A stretch of DNA of 32,000 bases from Candidatus Saccharimonadota bacterium. Its GTDB lineage: Bacteria; Patescibacteriota; Gracilibacteria; UBA4473. The stretch lies in assembly GCA_030429505.1 (NCBI GenBank), contig JAUIFI010000001.1, positions 510,001-542,000 on the forward strand, in the 5' to 3' direction. Each line of letters starts with the position of its first letter. Position 1 is the first letter of the stretch. The translations under genes and the position numbers were made by a program. Of this stretch, positions 27,201 to 32,000 are shown piece by piece. The notes beneath the pieces are model-generated. The model saw only the letters and a program-made list of their open reading frames with translations, searched no databases and had not been told where the DNA came from.

Positions 27201-29172
27201 TAACATAATATTCATCTCTATTAGTCCGAGTCGTCAAAGCTCCATCATTATCCTTCACCGTCACTCGAACCGAATAATTATGTTCTCCCAAAAACTGTGT
27301 CAGATTAAAAAATACTTCAGGAAATTCAGAGATCTGAACATCAGCTGTACGATTTTGCTCCATTATCTCAAATTTATACTGCACAATTTCTCCATCCGGG
27401 TCAGTAGCTCCCTGGACTTCCACCGGAAAATTCACCGCAAATTCAGGACCTTCTGTCGGATAAATAATCTGAGAAGCTTCAAGCAAAGGTGCAACATTCT
27501 TCACATGTATTGAAAAACGATCTGTATCACTGATATTCGGATTTCCCGGACGAGATACTTTCAATACAACTTCATGATGTCCGACATTCGTGAGTAATCT
27601 AGGAATACTCTCAGGTCCAGATACAATCCTACGATTCACAGACCATGTTTCCGTGAGACTCTCACTCGATCCGGCATTACCCTGTTCATCAATAGACTCA
27701 GACGAAAACTGCAGCCCCGAAATAGGTCGCTCAATATCCAACGGTGGTAAAACTTCCGAACCATTGAGCGTAACTTTCATACGAGCCAAAGGCAAATCAT
27801 CTTCTCGCACATAGACCATCTTTGAAACTGTATCAGAACGAATCTCGCCATCATCAGAAGGCTCCGAATCTGTAACTGTCAATGTCACTTTATGAGCCCC
27901 TTTCTCTGAGAAAAAAGCACGAATAATCGGAAAAGAAAGATCATCAAGAACTGTCGCAGCCTCCGAAAATTCCCATTTATAAGTAAAAGAATCATCTTGA
28001 GGTTGGGCCCGAAAAGAAAATGAATCTCCAATTCCCACAAAAGCAGGTACACGAAAATCAGCTTTTAAATCTTTTTCTTCCTCTTCTTCTTTTTTAGGAT
28101 CCCCTCTCACAGATAAAACCTGGGTAGTCGTATTCCTAATACCTAAATTTGACTGGACAGTAAGAGTGATCTCATACTGCCCCCCCGCTCCAAAAGAAGC
28201 AACAAATACAGGTCCCTTTCCCTCAACAAAACACTCATTCTTAGCGACATCACCAATTCCGGCAGATTCCACCCCCAAAACCTTACAAGTCCAAGTATAG
28301 TCCACCACTGATCCAATAACAGCACGAGACATTCCAGCATCAAAAGTAACCTTTTGGTTAGTCAAAGGACGTCCTGGATTCATTCGAAAAACAGCCTTTA
28401 CCCCCCCCACCATAACCGTCTTCGAAGCTCGAATCAGACCATCATCAGTAGAAGCTACTACATTAATTCTATAAGCCTTTTCTTGTCCATATCGATGTTC
28501 AACTGGCCCCTCAGAACTTCGAATACCATCACCAAAATCCCACAAAATTTCATTATAATTCGTATTTAGATTAAATGTTACCCCCGATAAAGCCGTCTCA
28601 AAAGGAATCGCAAAGCCATTTCCAAAATCTACCACACTCTCCCCCTCTGCTGTAATAAGCCCGGGAGAAATTTCCGACAAATCATCTTCCTCGGAATCAC
28701 CACCCGGATCGCCATAATCATACTCAGCCCCACTCCGATCATCATCCCCAGAACCAGCACTTTGAATCAAAGTATTAACCAATGCAAAAGACACCAACAC
28801 TACCAAAATACCAATACACGCATACAAAATAATTTTCTTTGCCTTTTCTGTATCTTCTCCTCCAACAATTATATACAAATAACCAGCATAAATAATTGCA
28901 ACTACTCCAGCCAATCCCAAAAAAGACAAAGTGAAGTTTAGTACATTCAAAATAAATTGACGTAATGAGGTATTATCACCAATCTGATTAAACTCTCCTG
29001 GGTGAGGTAATGAAAAAGAACCATCAGGCACCGGTCCCTGACCAAAAAGATCATCCACAACATTATTCACTGCAGTATCTAAAGGAGACAATAAATCTTG
29101 CGCTTGAACAAACTGAGTGCCCAAAAACAAAAATATCAAAGCGAAAATAAATTTTTTCATAACACTACTCAT
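24244..29172 (-). CDS. giant surface protein: signal peptide + T4SS-pilin-like (VirB2/TrbC-type) two-helix hairpin + about 1,500 aa of PKD/Ig-like repeats with one DUF11-type module
   Basis: ATG 29172 overlaps the upstream TAG by 8 nt (ATGAGTAG). An alternative ATG 29160 gives MKKFIFALIFLFLGTQFVQA/QD. Hairpin LRQFILNVLNFTLSFLGLAGVVAIIYAGYLYIIVGGEDTEKAKKIILYACIGILVVLVSFALVNTLIQ. PKD-like motifs ILWDFGDGIRSSEGPVEHRYG, YKWEFSEA, YEWSIDGIDE, YVWEFEMDDGE, FTWSFASDS, YIWHIAGPSGE, FDWTVQRPDGE, YNWRIIDPLGQ. DUF11-like PGDRITYTIRAKNPKKD…SSILPDHVQFQSVTPEEC. Stop TAA 24246-24244. Confidence 0.9.
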   Translation of the reverse strand: MSSVMKKFIFALIFLFLGTQFVQAQDLLSPLDTAVNNVVDDLFGQGPVPDGSFSLPHPGEFNQIGDNTSLRQFILNVLNFTLSFLGLAGVVAIIYAGYLYIIVGGEDTEKAKKIILYACIGILVVLVSFALVNTLIQSAGSGDDDRSGAEYDYGDPGGDSEEDDLSEISPGLITAEGESVVDFGNGFAIPFETALSGVTFNLNTNYNEILWDFGDGIRSSEGPVEHRYGQEKAYRINVVASTDDGLIRASKTVMVGGVKAVFRMNPGRPLTNQKVTFDAGMSRAVIGSVVDYTWTCKVLGVESAGIGDVAKNECFVEGKGPVFVASFGAGGQYEITLTVQSNLGIRNTTTQVLSVRGDPKKEEEEEKDLKADFRVPAFVGIGDSFSFRAQPQDDSFTYKWEFSEAATVLDDLSFPIIRAFFSEKGAHKVTLTVTDSEPSDDGEIRSDTVSKMVYVREDDLPLARMKVTLNGSEVLPPLDIERPISGLQFSSESIDEQGNAGSSESLTETWSVNRRIVSGPESIPRLLTNVGHHEVVLKVSRPGNPNISDTDRFSIHVKNVAPLLEASQIIYPTEGPEFAVNFPVEVQGATDPDGEIVQYKFEIMEQNRTADVQISEFPEVFFNLTQFLGEHNYSVRVTVKDNDGALTTRTNRDEYYVNNHSINHPPKVEVVPLNGSNAGDTETLFSFQAVTEDEDGDRLSYEWSIDGIDEVFPKRSILHYTFLEPGTYTVLVTVTDGIDEVTESLAVTVNEKVVELPVNFDTNQNFVIHRPFQLRGVSVGAVRYVWEFEMDDGEIEEKEGEVVRHVYNSVGEKSVTLTVEDKDGNTNSVTKTIEVENDGPLTALPVVRVNGKEQWIGDIIEFTEKDAVVFLSQSVDRSGKVSPNNNLEEIWYLNGTEIEIDRIVEALKLEQTATIRLVVKEKGATGVRSTDEKAFRIRKVEERVVDKVLPVNFDTDQLFVVGESFAFQGVSPNAISFTWSFASDSPETQNPLEKTGQRVEHVYQTPGDKEVTLTVSDRSGNTNSVTKTITVRTNGEPAALPKVMVNGEEQWVGDVIEFLPDDEVLFSSVSMDREGNVSPDNKLEETWLLNGEEIAPDKILSNLVLDKISFVKLMIEDKGGIFSRTLSDEKKFSVRLVTQRTVKNDPPFIKRFQVSPYGQGILEQSIRLFAEVSDKEDDPLSYIWHIAGPSGEEQKEETEIGILSYTPDVLGIYTFWVTVTDGLNTVNSRQHTLEVVNEEDALPNVSRIQVTPSEGNVGDIFVSTIRVGSARQEGVQFDWTVQRPDGEIETVKNRTTSFSYEAKIPGQHSIFVTVRNEKYSIDSPAAQFSVLDGVAPLAVVSNPSSPGRANDLEVPRQSSESVVFTTVDGTRMNFTQFVIFQATETLEQSQPEVVDGKWSLSPPKSFSSSSSSKTSILDDEGVPIKIVALVRQDAPKGRFCNISKILKPVRFSDGESTFCLVLEPRSSVLRVSKVLEDLKEGQKIFPGDRITYTIRAKNPKKDNSTFVISSILPDHVQFQSVTPEECSFDGQRTVTCQFGEKELFPLETHHTENLFVKPAQSNLGEKFLLSVKPEKESHTTLRYNWRIIDPLGQTTERSDAGFFILHIPSSEGLHVVEVDVFDGEKTLTYVTEFRVTSQEEGD
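25759..26916 (-). repeat. tandem duplication of a 193-aa (579-nt) two-domain unit inside the 1,642-aa gene
   Basis: Copy 1 VVELPVNFDTNQNF…GNTNSVTKTIEVENDGPLTALPVVRVNGKEQWIGDIIEF… and copy 2 DKVLPVNFDTDQLF…GNTNSVTKTITVRTNGEPAALPKVMVNGEEQWVGDVIEF…. The nucleotide anchor ATCAAAATTCACCGGCA occurs at 26890 and 26311. Confidence 0.8.
28762..28971 (-). other. T4SS-pilin-like two-TM hairpin module of the 1,642-aa protein
   Basis: Residues 68-137: hydrophobic helix, then the GGEDTEKAKK loop, then a second hydrophobic helix. This is the layout and loop motif of VirB2/TrbC-type and CPR/Gram-positive T4SS pilins. Assigned by recollection of the family, not by a search. Confidence 0.6.
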
Positions 29173-31078
29173 AATAGTAATAAGGAATTATATCTAAGGT
29201 TTCTGTCTCTGTATACTTCGAAGTCTTAACAACCGCCTTTATAATATGACGAGGGGCTATCACAAGTCCAGAAGAATCTTTTAAAGGTTCAAAATCAAAA
29301 TTATCTGGAGGTCGAAATTCAACAAAACGAGCAGCGCTACTTCCGATACGTGACTGAGATAAATTAAATTTCGAACGAGCGCAATGATTTCCCGCTCCCC
29401 CACCAGGACCCTGACATTCAAAAGATATTTCTTTAATATCTTTAAAATCAGGATGTTCTGTACGAAGTTTAATATCAAAAACAGCTTCAAACCCTTTATC
29501 TTCAGGAAGTGATTCTTTTGTCCCCGTAGTCCGAATCAATCTTCGCTCCAAAGCAACAATAAGCACATCATCACTTGAAAACTTTATCTGTTTATTTCGA
29601 CCATTATCCGGATCTTGCGCATCTTCAAAAATTTTTCGAGATGTATCAAATGAAGTTGGATACTTTTCTCGAGCTTCTCTATGAGATTCAGTCTCTGAGG
29701 AGTCGAAACTATCCGTATCCGTATTTTCATTTCCATTTTCATTTTCATCACCCGCCCCATCCCGACCACCAGAAGAACCATCTTTCTCCCTCCCATCTCC
29801 AGAAGAAGAATCTCGACCTTGTCCATCCTCGTCATCATTCTCACCAGCACCATCTCCTCCTTCTTCTTCAGGCTTCTCCACAAAAGCAGGCTCTGCCAAG
29901 ACCTTAAAAGTCTCCCGATATTCCTTATCAGTAACAACAGTATAGGTCAGTTCCTGATCGGGATAAGACCCAGGATAAGGCAAAATCATAGTAACCGTAA
30001 ACATCGGTTGATCTGGAGATACAGGAATAAAAGCATGATCACATAAAAGAGGACCATCGGTTGGACGACACATCAGAGTCACATCATTAACTCGTCCCCT
30101 CTTCTCATAAACCTCTTGATCTTCTGTGAACTTAATCATAAAAGTATGCTTTGCATAAATTTTACCATCTTCAGGATTGCGCTTAGTTTCCGCCCCCACA
30201 AGCAGTATAAATTCAATGATTTTTCCGTCTCCATCAGTCTTTTCAATCTCCTGACGAACTTCTCTCACGGCACCAAAACGTCCTGTCATAAACGTGCTAA
30301 CAATAGCATATGCTCCCAAAATCAAAATAATTCCTCCCACAACCCCAATCATTGTTTTCTTGGCTGTCTCCATCCGACCTGAATCACCAAAAGAAGTAAT
30401 CAATGTAAACCCTGCCCACACTCCAGCCACTACCCCTCCAGTCGCTGCTATCGTCAATAAAAACATTGTCCATCGCAAAGCTAAAAAAATCAAATCGCCT
30501 TGCGTTATAATACCTTTTTCAATATTACACCGCACAAAACGAGCACTACGTCTTAGTCCTCCTCCATCATAAACAGGTCGTTCTGCTGTCGTCGGGAAAA
30601 AAGCATCCAGTAAATCTCCCGTACCAACATTATTAATATCCGAAAAACCATTAATAACACTACCAACAGCCCCTACACCATCTCCCACAGCTCCCACAAT
30701 ATCTCCAACTCCACGAACAGCTCCTCCCACGCCAGCCCCTAATGCCTCTCCAAAACCAAGCTCTCTAGGATCACCGCCAGAAAAACCTGCCGCTTCCTGA
30801 ATACTTTCTCCCGCAGAATCAAGCCCTCCTGACAAAAAATTAAGCCCTCCTCCAACTAACTGAAAAGGATCTCCCAGCTGAATTCCAAAACGATCATTCA
30901 AAAGATCAAGTAAACATTCACTATCTAAATCCCCTAGTTTCAGACCATCAAGTCGAGAAAGTGTTTGATCATCCAAAATTCTCGCAGAAGCATGATTACC
31001 AAAAAACAAAGCCAAAAAAATTCCTCCCACCAAAACGGCTTGTTTAAGGCAAGAACAAAATCTCATAAGAAAAGACAT
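29165..31078 (-). CDS. secreted/membrane protein with Gly-rich N-region, T4SS-pilin-like hairpin, Cys-loop domain, acidic linker and a second Cys-loop domain (637 aa)
   Basis: ATG 31078 with hydrophobic leader AVLVGGIFLALFFGNHASA. Hairpin at residues 177-268. TLMCRPTDGPLLCD (30041-30070). Acidic low complexity EEGGDGAGENDDEDGQGRDSSSGDG…ENENGNENTDTD (29681-29875). ISFECQGPGGGAGNHC (29381-29416). Stop TAG 29167-29165. Confidence 0.85.
   Translation of the reverse strand: MSFLMRFCSCLKQAVLVGGIFLALFFGNHASARILDDQTLSRLDGLKLGDLDSECLLDLLNDRFGIQLGDPFQLVGGGLNFLSGGLDSAGESIQEAAGFSGGDPRELGFGEALGAGVGGAVRGVGDIVGAVGDGVGAVGSVINGFSDINNVGTGDLLDAFFPTTAERPVYDGGGLRRSARFVRCNIEKGIITQGDLIFLALRWTMFLLTIAATGGVVAGVWAGFTLITSFGDSGRMETAKKTMIGVVGGIILILGAYAIVSTFMTGRFGAVREVRQEIEKTDGDGKIIEFILLVGAETKRNPEDGKIYAKHTFMIKFTEDQEVYEKRGRVNDVTLMCRPTDGPLLCDHAFIPVSPDQPMFTVTMILPYPGSYPDQELTYTVVTDKEYRETFKVLAEPAFVEKPEEEGGDGAGENDDEDGQGRDSSSGDGREKDGSSGGRDGAGDENENGNENTDTDSFDSSETESHREAREKYPTSFDTSRKIFEDAQDPDNGRNKQIKFSSDDVLIVALERRLIRTTGTKESLPEDKGFEAVFDIKLRTEHPDFKDIKEISFECQGPGGGAGNHCARSKFNLSQSRIGSSAARFVEFRPPDNFDFEPLKDSSGLVIAPRHIIKAVVKTSKYTETETLDIIPYYYYE
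30275..30550 (-). other. T4SS-pilin-like hairpin module of the 637-aa protein
   Basis: SARFVRCNIEKGIITQGDLIFLALRWTMFLLTIAATGGVVAGVWAGFTLITSFGDSGRMETAKKTMIGVVGGIILILGAYAIVSTFMTGRFG. Same helix, G-D-x-x-x-x-ETAKK loop, helix layout as at 28762-28971. Confidence 0.55.
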
Positions 31079-31162
31079 TCAACGCTTCAAAAAGAAAGAA
31101 AAAATACACACCGCACATTGTCCCACGTTTCCACCAAAAGAGTCAAACACCACAAAGAACAC

Positions 31163-32000
31163 TTAACGAGTTCGCTCAGTATACAGAGGCGTAATAGAAA
31201 CAGACTGTGACTCCATATGTCCAGAATCAGTACGAATATTCAGTCGCATTTGATGAGGCGCTTTAACAGTTATTTTTGAAACACCAAAAGCATACGTTAC
31301 TTTTCCTCCCGAAAAAGGCACTGCAACAGAATCTTCAAAATCACAAAGATTTACCGAACCGGAAGGCTCACAAAAAAGACGAGCCGATTCAACAGCCCCA
31401 TGCTCAGTATCATTAAAACTCACTTCGATATCATAATTCATTGTAGGAAAGCGCCTTCCTGGACCAGGAGGAGTATTATAAGGCCCTCCTACCACACGCA
31501 AAACGCCAATAACAGTATCCGAACTTTCATAACCATCATCATAACCACCATTTTCTGATTCATTATCACCTTTATTGTTAGGCTGTTCCTGATCTCCAGG
31601 AGGAGATGATAATGGAATCGATGCAATTGGACCGAATCTAGACTGAAGAAAAGTATTAACAATAGCATACGCACCTAAAATCAAAAGAACGCCAGCTATT
31701 ACTCCCAAAAGAGTTTTTTTAGCTGTCTCAATACGATCACTACCAAAAGCAGTAATCATGGAAAAACCTGCCCACACTCCAGCCACAACTCCAGCAATAG
31801 CCGCTATAGAAAGTAGAAGTTTCGTCCATCCCAAAATCAAAGAAATCAAATTTTCCTGAGTCGAAAGTCCTCTATCGAGATGACACCTCACAATACGAGC
31901 ACCACGCTTTGATCCGGGTCCATCAAAAACAGTATTTTGAGCGCTTCCCGGAAAAAAAATATCCAAAACATCTTTCGTCCGAATGTTATTAATATCAGGA
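31163..32000 (-). CDS. paralog of the 637-aa protein (pilin-like hairpin + one Cys-loop domain); 5' end lies beyond the window
   Basis: The frame stays open upstream of the track start (TTG 31966) to the window edge, giving PDINNIRTKDVLDIFFPG…. This aligns with SDINNVGTGDLLDAFFPT… of the 637-aa protein, so the gene is 5'-truncated here. Stop TAA 31165-31163. A 20-nt identical run CCTGCCCACACTCCAGCCAC is shared with the neighbouring paralog. Confidence 0.8.
   Translation of the reverse strand, partial: PDINNIRTKDVLDIFFPGSAQNTVFDGPGSKRGARIVRCHLDRGLSTQENLISLILGWTKLLLSIAAIAGVVAGVWAGFSMITAFGSDRIETAKKTLLGVIAGVLLILGAYAIVNTFLQSRFGPIASIPLSSPPGDQEQPNNKGDNESENGGYDDGYESSDTVIGVLRVVGGPYNTPPGPGRRFPTMNYDIEVSFNDTEHGAVESARLFCEPSGSVNLCDFEDSVAVPFSGGKVTYAFGVSKITVKAPHQMRLNIRTDSGHMESQSVSITPLYTERTR
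31631..31903 (-). other. T4SS-pilin-like hairpin module of the truncated paralog
   Basis: GARIVRCHLDRGLSTQENLISLILGWTKLLLSIAAIAGVVAGVWAGFSMITAFGSDRIETAKKTLLGVIAGVLLILGAYAIVNTFLQSRFG. Confidence 0.55.

Noticed and set aside
29575-29937. ORFs with striking periodic translations (YPYPYFHFHFHFHH…, MKMKMEMKIRIRI).
   Set aside because: These are off-frame or antisense readings of the Asp/Glu/Gly/Asn low-complexity linker of the 637-aa gene, not independent genes.
1-32000. CRISPR arrays, a diversity-generating retroelement (TR/VR pair plus reverse transcriptase), transposases, toxin-antitoxin pairs.
   Set aside because: No short direct-repeat/spacer array and no RT, transposase or small paired ORFs are present. 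I cannot exclude a distant TR/VR pair without a computed self-alignment, but no near-identical 100-150-nt repeat was apparent.

Overview
Low-GC window with purine-rich coding strands, arranged as two convergent arms: + strand genes from 1-16411 and - strand genes from 16482-32000. Roughly 27 of the 32 kb encode very large predicted envelope or surface proteins. These are a 1,935-aa protein with no signal peptide, a 2,248-aa secreted protein with nine DUF11-type repeats, a VIT/VWA/SLH wall-anchored protein, and a 3-TM PKD-repeat protein. Three further proteins begin with a VirB2/TrbC-like (T4SS-pilin-type) two-helix hairpin; one of them carries about 1,500 aa of PKD/Ig-like repeats. The only ATPase is a VirD4/TraG/TraD-type coupling protein, which starts 2 nt after the DUF11 giant's stop. 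Ordinary genes sit between these blocks: a NUDIX hydrolase, a CorA-like gene, a YrbG-type Ca2+/Na+ exchanger and tRNA-Gly(UCC). Each of the two adjacent cation-transporter genes is broken by one in-frame stop (TAA and TGA). The TGA falls exactly on a consensus Gly of the exchanger alpha-repeat, and none of the 12 gene ends in the window uses TGA. The gene content (SLH, pilin-like modules, a T4SS coupling protein, giant adhesin-like proteins, few Shine-Dalgarno sites) resembles Patescibacteria/CPR-type episymbionts; that attribution is inference only. I saw no CRISPR array, transposase, integrase, reverse transcriptase or rRNA.
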